Below are positions 1-10,397 of a stretch of DNA of 64,000 nucleotides, piece after piece. The translations under genes and the position numbers were made by a program. The notes beneath the pieces were generated by a model that was given only the letters and a program-made list of their open reading frames with translations, did no database searches and was not told where the DNA came from. Origin of the DNA: Lachnospiraceae bacterium (GTDB lineage: Bacteria; Bacillota; Clostridia; Lachnospirales; Lachnospiraceae); the NCBI GenBank assembly GCA_009774235.1, contig VSNJ01000001.1, positions 3,872-67,871 on the forward strand. The letters are read 5' to 3'. Within the stretch, counting starts at the first letter, position 1. Each line of letters opens with the position of its first letter.

Positions 1-444
1 TATATTTAAAAATGCCAGTGGAATAGCAATAACTGCACCAAGACAAAAATACCAGATGCTCTTTGTAATGCCTGTATGAATAGAAATGTTTTCAATATCT
101 GCAAGTTCATATAACCTGCAGGCAGCATAAAAAGTAACCATTACACAAACACTTGTTATGATAATGTCTGCTGTTCTGGGGTCACGTAATAGTGATACGA
201 GACATATTGTGCCAAGAAGCATGGCTATAACTGCTTGTTTCCAATGGAAGCTCTTTGTTTTGATAATGTAGTAAAGTGCTAGTAACAAAACCAGAATCTC
301 TGTCCAGTTCCAAATTCTGGACATATAATTATGATAATGAGGAGTGGCTTCTATAGGTAATAATATTCCAATTATGTAAAGTAGTATAAAAATGCCAAAA
401 GAAATAAAACATTTCCAGCAGACAGAATATTTTTCATTTTTCAT
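1..444 (-). CDS. Multi-pass membrane protein, 3' end outside window (possibly CPBP/Abi family)
   Basis: ATG at 444 with GGAGG at 450-454; open to window edge: MKNEKYSVCWKCFISFGIFILLYIIGILLP... with several hydrophobic segments. Family is a guess. Confidence 0.7.
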   Translation of the reverse strand, partial: MKNEKYSVCWKCFISFGIFILLYIIGILLPIEATPHYHNYMSRIWNWTEILVLLLALYYIIKTKSFHWKQAVIAMLLGTICLVSLLRDPRTADIIITSVCVMVTFYAACRLYELADIENISIHTGITKSIWYFCLGAVIAIPLAFLNI

Positions 445-562
445 ATGTACCTCCATAAGTAATGTTTTATAATTTACTTATTTGTTATTTGCAATGCATA
501 TTTAATAATTATAAATAATATAATTTTATCATAGCTGACCATATAATTTCAATAAATATTGT

Positions 563-816
563 TTTTGAGTTTCCCCATTTTTTAAATTATACAAAAATTA
601 TATTACTCTGGCAAATTCCAAATGTTTTAACAAAAGGCAGCTGTTATGGGAGCGTTGGTGCTTAAATCTGGTTTTTTCAGATTTTATGCACCACTGCGCA
701 TCCAATACAAGCGAAATGCGGCAAAGCCATGTTTGCAACATGGCTTTTGGGTGGTAAAACTTTGGAACTGCCAGAGCCAAAATACCTGTATATTAAAAAA
801 ATGGGGAAATTCAAAA
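563..816. repeat. Nested inverted-repeat intergenic element (MITE/REP-like)
   Basis: Outer IR 563-592/787-816, second IR ~606-630/752-776, inner hairpins 657-692 and 723-747. Confidence 0.75.
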
Positions 817-938
817 TATTTTTGGATTTTGTTATAAAATAACATTAAAAGTAATAATTAATTTAAGGAATATTGCAGTGGAATACAGAATATAGTGTAT
901 AAATGAATTTTAGTAAATTTACATAGGTGGAGGGTGTT

Positions 939-1385
939 ATGTCAAGAACCAGGATAGTAATATTACAGATGAGGGAGATTATATATACAGCAGTATTTGT
1001 TGGCCTTGGCATATTACTGCTTATAATATTGTTTTTTATGTTTTGGCCAGATGGTAAGGATGAAAATAAGGAACAAGCTGATAATGGAAAGACAGCTGTT
1101 TATGAAGCAGGTGTTTATAGTAAACAAATGACAGTAGGAGATAGCGTTATAAATTTACAGGTAGTTCTTGATGAGGAACAGGTTAAGTCTGTAGAAATGA
1201 TAAACCTGGATGATACAGTATCTGCAATGTACCCTCTTATGAAACCTTCTGTAGAGTCTATTTCTAACCAGCTTGCTTCTGGTGTGTCGTTAGATGAGGT
1301 AGTGTTGTCCGATGAAGGCCAATATACAGAAAAGATGATTTTAAATGAGGTTGATAGTGTCCTGGATGAACACAAAGCAAAATAA
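939..1385 (+). CDS. Membrane-anchored hypothetical protein (FMN-bind-like extracellular domain possible)
   Basis: GGAGG RBS before ATG 939; single N-terminal TM helix. Confidence 0.75.
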   Translation: MSRTRIVILQMREIIYTAVFVGLGILLLIILFFMFWPDGKDENKEQADNGKTAVYEAGVYSKQMTVGDSVINLQVVLDEEQVKSVEMINLDDTVSAMYPLMKPSVESISNQLASGVSLDEVVLSDEGQYTEKMILNEVDSVLDEHKAK

Positions 1386-1394
1386 TTTATGTTG

Positions 1395-1421
1395 ATGGCA
1401 GGGGATTCCCCTGTCATTTTT
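1395..1421 (+). terminator. Rho-independent terminator
   Basis: ATGGCAGGGGA/TCCCCTGTCAT stem followed by T run. Confidence 0.75.
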
Positions 1422-1677
1422 ATTGATAAAAGCTTAAAGTCATTGAATATAAATAACGGATATGTTATATTAAGAATATAATTTTGAAATCCATTTGTAA
1501 GAAAAAGTATTAATTTGTTATTTAACCTAATAAAGGAAGCCCTTGTTTATATGTTGCAGAAATATAAGTGATGAGTGGGAACTTCTTGTTTACAAAAGGG
1601 TCTGGAATGGAACTGCCATAAGGCATCAGAAAAAAAGTACTGTATTTAGATAATAAATAATTTATGGAGGTAATATT

Positions 1678-2163
1678 ATGTCAGATATGTTGGTTAAATT
1701 ATATAATATTCCTAATTCGTATGATATAGAAAAAAAGTTGTTGGAAGAGGATATTAGAATAAAAAAAGCGTTATCACCTGACAGAAGTAAGATAACAAGT
1801 TTCTCAAAAACATGTGCAAAAGAAGATTATTCAGATGAAGTAAATGCTGCTTTTTCTAATAACCCTATAACTTGTTATATAGCAACTAAGGAAAAGAAAA
1901 TAATTGGTTTTGCATGTTATGAAGCAACTGCCAAAAATTTTTTTGGACCTATGGCTGTGTTAGAAAATGAAAGGAAAAATGGAATAGGAAAAGCATTGTT
2001 ATTAAAATCTTTGGAATCAATGCGGGAGCTTGGATATGCATATGCTATTATAGGATGGCCTGCAAATTCTGCTATTGGTTTTTATAAGAAATGTGCAGGA
2101 GCAATTATGATTGATGAAAAATCTTCGGGAATATATAAAAGAATGATTGAAATTGATGAGTAA
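1678..2163 (+). CDS. GNAT family N-acetyltransferase
   Basis: FFGPMAVLENERKNGIGKALL acetyl-CoA motif A; AIGFYKKC; GGAGG RBS. Confidence 0.85.
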   Translation: MSDMLVKLYNIPNSYDIEKKLLEEDIRIKKALSPDRSKITSFSKTCAKEDYSDEVNAAFSNNPITCYIATKEKKIIGFACYEATAKNFFGPMAVLENERKNGIGKALLLKSLESMRELGYAYAIIGWPANSAIGFYKKCAGAIMIDEKSSGIYKRMIEIDE

Positions 2164-2259
2164 ATTTAGTTTTATGAAATTGTAATAGCTATATAATTTA
2201 TATAATATTCAATTTTTAAATATACAATAACTGGTTATATTGTTATTAAGGAGAGCAGA

Positions 2260-5200
2260 ATGTCATTACAGTTAATTTTGGGAGGTTCAGGCAGGGGCAA
2301 GACACATTTTATACAGCATATGGTTACAAAGGAAGCTTTTGAAAACCCTGGTAAGGAATATATAATAATAGTACCTGAACAGTTTACAATGCAGACACAA
2401 AAGGAATTAATACAATTAAGCCCATTTAAGGGCATTATGAATATAGATGTACAAAGTTTTGTCAGGCTTGCTTTCAGGATTTTTACTGAACTTGGGGCAG
2501 GTAATGAACCTGTACTTGATGATATGGGAAAGACTATGATACTTAAGAAAGTATTGCTTGATAAGCAGGATGAACTTGGATATTTTGGCAGGAATATACA
2601 TAAAAAAGGTTATATTGCAGAGATAAAGTCTTTTCTGTCAGAGCTTGTGCAGTATGGCATTGATGATGAAATGCTTGGAAAAATGATTAACAGTTCTTTG
2701 AAAAAGCCTGCACTTAGAAGGAAACTTGAAGATATGTCTGTTGCATACAGGGCATTTCTGGATTATATAAATAATAATTATATTACTTCTGAAGAGGTTA
2801 TAACTGTACTTTCAGAAATTGTAAACAGGTCAGAAATTATTAAAGGAAGTATAATATGTCTTGATGGTTTTACAGGTTTTACACCATTACAGTATATGCT
2901 TCTGGCGGAATTAATGAAGACTGCAGAAAAGGTGTTTGTGACAGTGGCAATAGATGACAGGGAGCCCGTTACAAGCCTTGGTGCGAAACACCGTCTTTTC
3001 CATATGAGCAGGAAGACTATATGTAAGCTTAGGGATATTGCATATGAAAATAAAATTGAGGTATGTGATGATATCTGGACGAGTAAAAAGGATGAAAAAA
3101 GCAGATTTGCAAATGCACCATCATTGTCTGCACTTGAAAAGAATCTTTTCAGGTATCCGCTGGTTAAATATAATAATCCAGAGGAAATTTCAATCCATCT
3201 GTTAAAACAGCCAGGTGATGAGGTTTCATATATTATACAGGAAATAAAACATCTGCTTAGGGAAGATGAATGCAGGTACAGGGATATAGCTATAATAGCT
3301 GGTGATTTACAGACATATGGTATAATTATTGATAATGAAATGAAACAGGCAGGTTTTCCTTGCTTTATTGACCAGAAGAAAAGTGTGCTTACAAATCCTT
3401 TTGTTGAAATGATAGATGTTATACTTGATATTTTTATAAAAGATTTTGCTTATAAAGATGTAATGAGATATATTAAAGGAAGTTTTGCAGGAATTACTAA
3501 AGAACAGTCTGATATTACAGATAATTTTATACTTGCAACAGGTATAAGAGGACATAAGAAGTGGAATAAAGAGTGGGAAAGTGGGTATATATACCAGAGA
3601 CGTACTGAGGAGTCAAAGAAATATGCAGATGAAGTTTTAAATATTGTGCGTGAAAAAATAACTGGATTATTAATGCCTGTTTATAAAGAAGTTATACCAG
3701 GAAAACATACAGTAAGACATTATGCAGAAGTTTTATGCAGATTTTTTGATGAACAGGATTTTTACAGGATTATTATGGAAAGAGCGGCTTTATTTACTGA
3801 AAAAGGTGAACTTGGGCTTGCTGCTGAGTATGAACAGATTTATGGAATTGTATTATCTGTATTGGACAGGCTTGTAGAACTTCTTGGTGATGAGAAAATG
3901 AGGCTTTCTGAATTTAAAGAACTGCTTGACACAGGGTTTTCGGAAGCCAGGATAGGGCTTATACCTCCTGGCACAGACCAGATTGTTGCAGGTGATATAT
4001 CAAGGACACGTATTTCTGGTATTAAGTATTTATTTTTTATTGGTGTTAATGATATAAATATACCTAAAGGAAGTGGTAGCGGAGGTATATTGTCTGATTC
4101 AGAGAGAAGTTTTCTTTCTGATGGAAAGTTTGAAATAGCTCCAACATCAAGGGAACTGGTTTACCAGGAACAGTTTTATCTTTATCTTAATATGACAAAA
4201 CCTTCAAGACATCTCTATATTACATATTGTGAAACAGGCAATGATGGAAGGGCACAGAACCCGTCATATATAATAGAGAGGTTTATAAAAATGTTTCCTG
4301 GACTTAATGTGGAGATGGAGGAAACAAGAAAAGATGCAGAACATATTTTGTCAAATGATATGGGGTTAAAGTATCTTATAGACGGGCTTAGAAAAGCTGA
4401 TTACAGCAGTACACAGTGGTCTGAACTTTATAAGTTTTATATTGGAAGTGATGTTTATAATGAAATACTTGGCCAACTGGTTAATGCATCATTTTACAGG
4501 GAAGTGAAAAGTAAAATTTCGGAAAGGGCCGCCAGGGCACTTTACCATGATGTGTTCCGTGGAAGCACTTCGCAGCTTGAACGTTATGCCGCCTGTGCAT
4601 TTTCGTATTTTGCACAGTATGGGCTTAAACTTGAAGAAAGGGCAGAACATAAAGTAGAATTTTTTGATATAGGAAATATTGTACATGAGGCTTTACAGAA
4701 ATATACTGAAAAACTGCTTAAAAATAAAAAGCAGTGGTGGGAATTGACAGAAGAAGAACAACATATACAGGCAGATGAGTGTCTGGATGAAGTTGTAAGC
4801 AAATATAAAAATAGCCTTATGTATGAAACGGAGAGGGATACTTATATGGTAAAGAGGCTGAGAAAGCTTCTTATAAGGACTGTATGGGCTGTAACAGAAC
4901 AGATGAAGCTGGGTAAATTTGATACTATAGAAAGTGAATTTTCTTTTGATATAACAGAGGATAACAGTAGTATTAATGAAAATAAAGAAAATATGATTCA
5001 TCTTATAGGCCGTATAGACAGAATTGATGAGTATAAAGATGATAAATGTACTTATGTAAAAATTGTTGATTATAAAACTGGAAAGAAAGACCTGTCACTT
5101 TCAGACCTTTATTATGGTCTTCAGATGCAGCTTGTTATTTACTTAAAGGCAGCAATGGATGCCAAGAAAGAAGAAAAGATTGTGATACCAGCAGGTGTGC

Positions 5201-5679
5201 TTTATTATAATATTGCCAATCCTGTACTGGAGGGAAAGTATGATAAAGACCAGATTAATAATGAAATGTTAAAAAGCCTTAAAATGAGGGGTATAGTAAA
5301 TGAGGATGACCCTGTACTTCCTTTACTTGATGCTAACTTTGAAGCAGAGCCAGGGGTTTTGCCAGCTATGGTTTCATCAGTAGTTGCACCATTTGCCACT
5401 GATAAAGATGGTAAACTTAAAAAGGTGTCACAGGCAATTACAACAAAAGATTTTGATAATATTATATCATATACACAGAAAAATATTGCTGGGATGAGCA
5501 AAGAAATTATGGATGGAAAAACGGAAGTAAACCCATACAGGAAAAATGACGCAGAAGGAAAAACAGCATGTGATTATTGTGGATACAGGGGAATATGCAG
5601 GTTTGATGTGAGGATACCAGGTAATAATTACCGTGTACTTAACAAACTTAGTGATGATGATGTACTGAACAGGATATAA
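2260..5679 (+). CDS. addB: Helicase-nuclease AddAB subunit B
   Basis: GGSGRGKT, VPEQFT, GRIDRID..VDYKTG nuclease motif, Fe-S cysteines (YAACAF; CDYCGYRGIC). Confidence 0.95.
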   Translation: MSLQLILGGSGRGKTHFIQHMVTKEAFENPGKEYIIIVPEQFTMQTQKELIQLSPFKGIMNIDVQSFVRLAFRIFTELGAGNEPVLDDMGKTMILKKVLLDKQDELGYFGRNIHKKGYIAEIKSFLSELVQYGIDDEMLGKMINSSLKKPALRRKLEDMSVAYRAFLDYINNNYITSEEVITVLSEIVNRSEIIKGSIICLDGFTGFTPLQYMLLAELMKTAEKVFVTVAIDDREPVTSLGAKHRLFHMSRKTICKLRDIAYENKIEVCDDIWTSKKDEKSRFANAPSLSALEKNLFRYPLVKYNNPEEISIHLLKQPGDEVSYIIQEIKHLLREDECRYRDIAIIAGDLQTYGIIIDNEMKQAGFPCFIDQKKSVLTNPFVEMIDVILDIFIKDFAYKDVMRYIKGSFAGITKEQSDITDNFILATGIRGHKKWNKEWESGYIYQRRTEESKKYADEVLNIVREKITGLLMPVYKEVIPGKHTVRHYAEVLCRFFDEQDFYRIIMERAALFTEKGELGLAAEYEQIYGIVLSVLDRLVELLGDEKMRLSEFKELLDTGFSEARIGLIPPGTDQIVAGDISRTRISGIKYLFFIGVNDINIPKGSGSGGILSDSERSFLSDGKFEIAPTSRELVYQEQFYLYLNMTKPSRHLYITYCETGNDGRAQNPSYIIERFIKMFPGLNVEMEETRKDAEHILSNDMGLKYLIDGLRKADYSSTQWSELYKFYIGSDVYNEILGQLVNASFYREVKSKISERAARALYHDVFRGSTSQLERYAACAFSYFAQYGLKLEERAEHKVEFFDIGNIVHEALQKYTEKLLKNKKQWWELTEEEQHIQADECLDEVVSKYKNSLMYETERDTYMVKRLRKLLIRTVWAVTEQMKLGKFDTIESEFSFDITEDNSSINENKENMIHLIGRIDRIDEYKDDKCTYVKIVDYKTGKKDLSLSDLYYGLQMQLVIYLKAAMDAKKEEKIVIPAGVLYYNIANPVLEGKYDKDQINNEMLKSLKMRGIVNEDDPVLPLLDANFEAEPGVLPAMVSSVVAPFATDKDGKLKKVSQAITTKDFDNIISYTQKNIAGMSKEIMDGKTEVNPYRKNDAEGKTACDYCGYRGICRFDVRIPGNNYRVLNKLSDDDVLNRI

Positions 5680-5684
5680 TATAA

Positions 5685-5760
5685 AACAGCTGCTATTATT
5701 ATAATGTGTTCTTATTGTATTCTGGATATACAATAAGAAGATTATAATGTGGCAGCTGTT
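5685..5760. terminator. Long imperfect hairpin between convergent genes (terminator or REP-like repeat)
   Basis: AACAGCTGC..TTCTTATTGTAT / ATACAATAAGAA..GCAGCTGTT. Confidence 0.6.
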
Positions 5761-5769
5761 AATATTTTA

Positions 5770-6375
5770 TTATATATTGATTTCCCTGTCTTTGTAGTAA
5801 TATTTTTTATCATGTTCATTAATTTCACGCATAACTTTACAAGGGTTCCCAACAGCTACAACATCTGATGGTATATCTTTTGTTACTACACTTCCAGCAC
5901 CAATAACTGTATTATCTCCTATAGTAACACCAGGAAGTATAATTGCACCTGCACCTATCCAGCAGTTTCTTCCAATATGGACAGGCATATTATACTGGTA
6001 TATTTTTTCACGGAGTTCTGGAAGGATTGGATGTCCAGCAGTAGCGATTGTTACATTAGGACCAATCATTGTATAATCACCAATATAAATATGTGTATCA
6101 TCTACACATGTGAGGTGGTAATTGGCATAAACCATCTTTCCAAAATGACAGTGTTTTCCGCCAAAATTAGCATAAAAAGGAGCTTCAATATACACACCTT
6201 CACCACAGTCACCAAGCATATCTTTTAACATCTGGCTTCTTTTTTCTGTTTCAGATGGTTTTGTCATGTTATAGTCACATAGTTTGTCCTGGTAAACCAT
6301 TTGTTCTTTTATAATGGATTCGTCTCCTGGAAGATAAAGTTCACCAGTGTGAAGTTTTTCTTTCATATTACTCAT
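5770..6375 (-). CDS. maa: Maltose/galactoside O-acetyltransferase (hexapeptide repeat)
   Basis: Mac-type N-terminus, IGPNVTIATAGH, WIGAGAIILPGVTIGDNTVIGAGSVVTKDIP, GNPCKV. Confidence 0.9.
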   Translation of the reverse strand: MSNMKEKLHTGELYLPGDESIIKEQMVYQDKLCDYNMTKPSETEKRSQMLKDMLGDCGEGVYIEAPFYANFGGKHCHFGKMVYANYHLTCVDDTHIYIGDYTMIGPNVTIATAGHPILPELREKIYQYNMPVHIGRNCWIGAGAIILPGVTIGDNTVIGAGSVVTKDIPSDVVAVGNPCKVMREINEHDKKYYYKDREINI

Positions 6376-6458
6376 TTAAAATACCTCCAAGTATTGATAT
6401 GTAATGTAAAATATGATATATTACCAATATGGATTTGTTTTACCAGATTTACAATGAT

Positions 6459-6599
6459 AAAAGAAATAGCCGCCACTACTCACAATAATGGCGGCTGCCT
6501 TTGTATAAATAAAGGTAAGTAACCTGTTTTAAGGGTAGTGCAGCTTCTATGCTTTCCCTTATATATGTTTAATATAACATATACTATAAAGATGTGCAA
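6459..6599 (-). ncRNA. Candidate ~100-nt small RNA with own promoter and terminator
   Basis: TTGCAC-17-TATATT (6599-6571, TGn-extended -10), hairpin 6531-6560, terminator stem 6467-6498 followed by TTTCTTTT. Confidence 0.45.
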
Positions 6600-6647
6600 T
6601 AATAAAATATATTTGTTAAAGGAATAGAAAGGCTGGGTATTTAATAT

Positions 6648-9600
6648 ATGGGAGAAGCAAAGTGGACAGAAGAGCAGGAACTTGTAATAAACCTCCGTGA
6701 CAGAAATATCCTTGTATCTGCAGCAGCGGGTTCAGGTAAAACTGCTGTACTTGTAGAAAGAATTATAAAGATTATATCAGACAAAAGCCGGCCTGTTGAT
6801 ATAGACAGGCTGCTTGTAGTTACTTTTACAAAAGCTGCAGCAGCAGAAATGAGAAACCGTGTTGGTGACGCAATAGAAAAGATGCTTATAGAAAATCCTG
6901 ATGATGAACATCTCCAAAGGCAGGCAACCCTTCTGCATAATGCACAGATAACTACAATAGACAGTTTTTGCCAGAATATTATACGTAATTATTTTCATGT
7001 AATTGATTTAGACCCGTCTTTCAGGGTTGCAGATGAGAATGAACTTGCAATAATGAAAACAGATATTATGGAAGAACTTTTGGAAATGAAATATCAGGAA
7101 AGCAGGGAAAATGGCAACCAGACTTTCCTTGACTTTACAGAAAGCTTTTCTCCTGGCAGGACTGACAGTAATATTGAAGAGCTTGTTTTAAGGCTTTTTA
7201 ATATATCCATGAGCTATCCATGGCCTGATGAATGGCTTAAAAGATGTGAAGGTATGTATGCATGTAGTTCTATGGAAGAATTTGAAGAAACCGTATGGAT
7301 GGAAGAACTTAAAAAATATATAAGAGATTGTTTATCTGATTATATGGCATCAGCACAAAAAGCATTAGAAATCTGTAATAGCGGGGGTGGCCCTGCAAAT
7401 TATTGTGATGCTATAAAATCTGATATAAATCAGATTGGAATAGTAATGCAGGCAGATACTTATGCAGGTTATTATAAAGCTTTTGGCATGCTTAATCCAG
7501 CAAGGCTTTCTGCAAAACGTGACCCAGGAATTATACCAGAGAAAAAAGAAGAAGTTAAAGCACTTAGGGAAAGTTACCAGAAAAATGGTTTGCAAGTGCT
7601 TAAGAAGAATTTCTTTTTCCAGGAACCAGAGGAGATGCTTGCAGATATTAAGGCTATGTTTCCATTGGTAAAAGAACTTTTAAATCTTGTAAGAGATTTT
7701 TCTTCTATGTTTGCAGAAAGGAAAAGAGAAGAAGGATTGCTTGACTTTGCAGATATGGAGCATTTTGCGCTGGATATACTTATATCTAAAGAGAATGGGG
7801 AAGTAAAGCCAAGTGAAGTTGCATGTGAGTTACAGGAATTTTATGAAGAAATTATGACTGATGAGTACCAGGACAGTAACTTTGTGCAAGAGCTTATACT
7901 TACAAGCCTTTGCCGTGCACCAGGGAATAAACCATATCTTTTTATGGTAGGTGATGTTAAACAGAGTATATACCAGTTCCGTCTCGCAAGACCTGAGCTG
8001 TTTATGAAGAAATATAATAGTTATACAGTTGGCAAGGGTCCATACCAGAGAATAGATTTGCATAAAAATTTCAGGAGCAGGGAAATTGTGCTTAACTCTG
8101 CTAATTATATTTTTGAAAATATTATGAAAGAATGTCTTGGTGGTATTAATTATGATAATGATGCAAAGCTTGTACCAGGCAGGAATTATGAAAGTACAGA
8201 TTTGAATATTTCTAAAAAGACAGATGTAATTCTTATTGAACAAAAGAGTGAAGATGCAGAAAATATTGAGAAACGTGTACTAGAAGCGGCATCAATAGGT
8301 GAACGTATACGTGGGATGGTACAAGGGGAGAACCCTCTTTATGTAAGTGGAAAAAATGGTTACAGGCGTGCAGAATATAAAGATATTGTAATTCTTTTAA
8401 GAAGTATGAGCGGATGGTCAGAAGAATTTATAGAAACTTTGGCAGATATGGGAATACCTGCATATTCTGATACAAAGACAGGATATTTTTCTGCAATAGA
8501 GGTCTGTACCGTGCTTGATTTCTTACGTATTATTGATAATCCAAGACAGGATATACCTCTTGTGGCTGTACTCCGTTCTGTTATTGGAAATATAACAGAT
8601 GAAGAACTTGCATGTATTGCATCAGTTCCACGTACATTAAATTATATGGACGGAATACAGCTTTTTATTAAATTATATAGTGATAAAAAAGATATTAGTA
8701 TAGATGAAGATTTAGAAAATAATTTTGATAAATATATTGATAAAATTCCTGCTAGTTATGAGGAAGGAAAAAAACTTGCGGATAAACTGGAGAAGTTCTG
8801 TAATATGCTTTCACGTTACCAGGATATGGCAGGGTATTCTTCTGTATATGAGATATTACAATGTATTTATAAAGAAACAGGTTATTATAATATTATGTCT
8901 GCTATGCCTGCTGGTGAAAAGCGTGCAGCAAATCTTGATATTCTTTTACAGCAGTCAGTTGAATTTACAGAAAATGGGCACAGGGGAATTTTTGGATTTA
9001 CACATTATATTGAAAGGCTTAATAAATCAAATATTGATTTTGGAGAGGCTTCTGTTAATGGAGAAAATACTAATGCAGTAAGGATTATGAGTATACATAA
9101 AAGTAAGGGACTCCAGTTTCCAGTTGTATTTGTAGCAGGAATGGGGAAACATTTTAACTTACAGGATGCAAGAAAGGCTACAATAATTGATGCTGATTAT
9201 GGTGCAGGAGCTGATTATATTGACCTTGAATTAAGAGTTAAACAGCCAGTTCTTATGAAGAAGTTTATGGCTAACCAGATTAAAAAGAATACCATTTCTG
9301 AGGAAATAAGGATACTTTATGTTGCACTTACACGTGCTGAAGAGAAACTGGTACTTACTGGCACGGCAGCAGGTGTTGAAAAGAAAATAGAAAAATGGAG
9401 AAATAAAAGTGGAAACCATAATATGACATCTCTTCTAAGTGCACAGACATATTTTGACTGGATTATGCCTGTACTGCTTAATGGGGGATTTATAGCTGAT
9501 ATTTTGTTTAATATTATAACAGAAGGACAGAGTGATATTATAACAGAAGAAAAAGAAGGTCTTGAGAGAAGTATTGATAATTATAACCTTCTTAAGAACT

Positions 9601-10364
9601 GGGATACAGAGATGGTTTATAATGAAAATATGGCTGTAGAAATACAAAGCCAGTTAGATTATAATTATCCTTACCTAAGTGAACAGCAGCTTCCAGTTAA
9701 AGTATCAGTTACTGAAATTAAAAGGCTTGCTGCCCAGAAAGCAGAGATTCTTAGTGGTGATGAAGATAGTATTATAGATTTATCTAGTTATGCTGTTGCG
9801 CCAAAAGCCCGTTTTATGAAAGATACAAGTAAAATAACAAATACAGAAAAGGGTACATTGTACCATCTTGTAATGGAACATCTGCCATATAGTGAATTAA
9901 ATGATAGTTTTGATTTTGAAAAGTTTATAGAAAGTATGTGTGACAGTGGTTATATGGAAAAGGAAGAGGCGTTAATAATTAATGCAGATAAGTTTAAGGC
10001 TTTTTATAAAAGTAGTATTTGCAGGCGTATGTGCCAGGCGCAGGTAAATGGAAGTTTAAAAAGGGAACAGCCTTTTATAATAGGGCTTCCGGCATCTGAA
10101 ATTTATAGTGGGACTGGCACTGGATGTACAGAGATTGTACTTATGCAGGGCATTATTGATGCGTTTTTTGAGGAAGATGGGGAGATTGTTCTTGTTGATT
10201 ATAAAACTGATTTTGTTAAAAAGGGTGATAGTAAGAAACTTCTGGAGAAATATGGACAACAGCTGGATTATTATGCAAGGGCGCTTGAAAGTATAACTGG
10301 TAAAAGGGTTAAAGAAAAGATTATTTATTCATTTGCACTTGGTAATGAAGTGTGTGCAGGATAA
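6648..10364 (+). CDS. addA: Helicase-nuclease AddAB subunit A
   Basis: AAAGSGKT, VTFTKAAA, DEYQD, GDVKQSIYQFR, SIHKSKGLQF, GIIDAFF..VDYKT. Confidence 0.96.
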   Translation: MGEAKWTEEQELVINLRDRNILVSAAAGSGKTAVLVERIIKIISDKSRPVDIDRLLVVTFTKAAAAEMRNRVGDAIEKMLIENPDDEHLQRQATLLHNAQITTIDSFCQNIIRNYFHVIDLDPSFRVADENELAIMKTDIMEELLEMKYQESRENGNQTFLDFTESFSPGRTDSNIEELVLRLFNISMSYPWPDEWLKRCEGMYACSSMEEFEETVWMEELKKYIRDCLSDYMASAQKALEICNSGGGPANYCDAIKSDINQIGIVMQADTYAGYYKAFGMLNPARLSAKRDPGIIPEKKEEVKALRESYQKNGLQVLKKNFFFQEPEEMLADIKAMFPLVKELLNLVRDFSSMFAERKREEGLLDFADMEHFALDILISKENGEVKPSEVACELQEFYEEIMTDEYQDSNFVQELILTSLCRAPGNKPYLFMVGDVKQSIYQFRLARPELFMKKYNSYTVGKGPYQRIDLHKNFRSREIVLNSANYIFENIMKECLGGINYDNDAKLVPGRNYESTDLNISKKTDVILIEQKSEDAENIEKRVLEAASIGERIRGMVQGENPLYVSGKNGYRRAEYKDIVILLRSMSGWSEEFIETLADMGIPAYSDTKTGYFSAIEVCTVLDFLRIIDNPRQDIPLVAVLRSVIGNITDEELACIASVPRTLNYMDGIQLFIKLYSDKKDISIDEDLENNFDKYIDKIPASYEEGKKLADKLEKFCNMLSRYQDMAGYSSVYEILQCIYKETGYYNIMSAMPAGEKRAANLDILLQQSVEFTENGHRGIFGFTHYIERLNKSNIDFGEASVNGENTNAVRIMSIHKSKGLQFPVVFVAGMGKHFNLQDARKATIIDADYGAGADYIDLELRVKQPVLMKKFMANQIKKNTISEEIRILYVALTRAEEKLVLTGTAAGVEKKIEKWRNKSGNHNMTSLLSAQTYFDWIMPVLLNGGFIADILFNIITEGQSDIITEEKEGLERSIDNYNLLKNWDTEMVYNENMAVEIQSQLDYNYPYLSEQQLPVKVSVTEIKRLAAQKAEILSGDEDSIIDLSSYAVAPKARFMKDTSKITNTEKGTLYHLVMEHLPYSELNDSFDFEKFIESMCDSGYMEKEEALIINADKFKAFYKSSICRRMCQAQVNGSLKREQPFIIGLPASEIYSGTGTGCTEIVLMQGIIDAFFEEDGEIVLVDYKTDFVKKGDSKKLLEKYGQQLDYYARALESITGKRVKEKIIYSFALGNEVCAG

Positions 10365-10365
10365 A

Positions 10366-10397
10366 TAAAAAGCGGGCACTTCCAGGTCCGCTTTTTT
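10366..10397. terminator. Bidirectional terminator
   Basis: AAAAAGCGGGC..GTCCGCTTTTT between convergent genes. Confidence 0.75.

Noticed and set aside
598..837. ORFs 598-780 and 646-837
   Set aside because: Lie inside the palindromic element, no RBS; likely spurious
1443..1677. Riboswitch in the long GNAT leader
   Set aside because: Promoter-like TTGAAT-17-TATATT is present, but no recognisable aptamer or terminator
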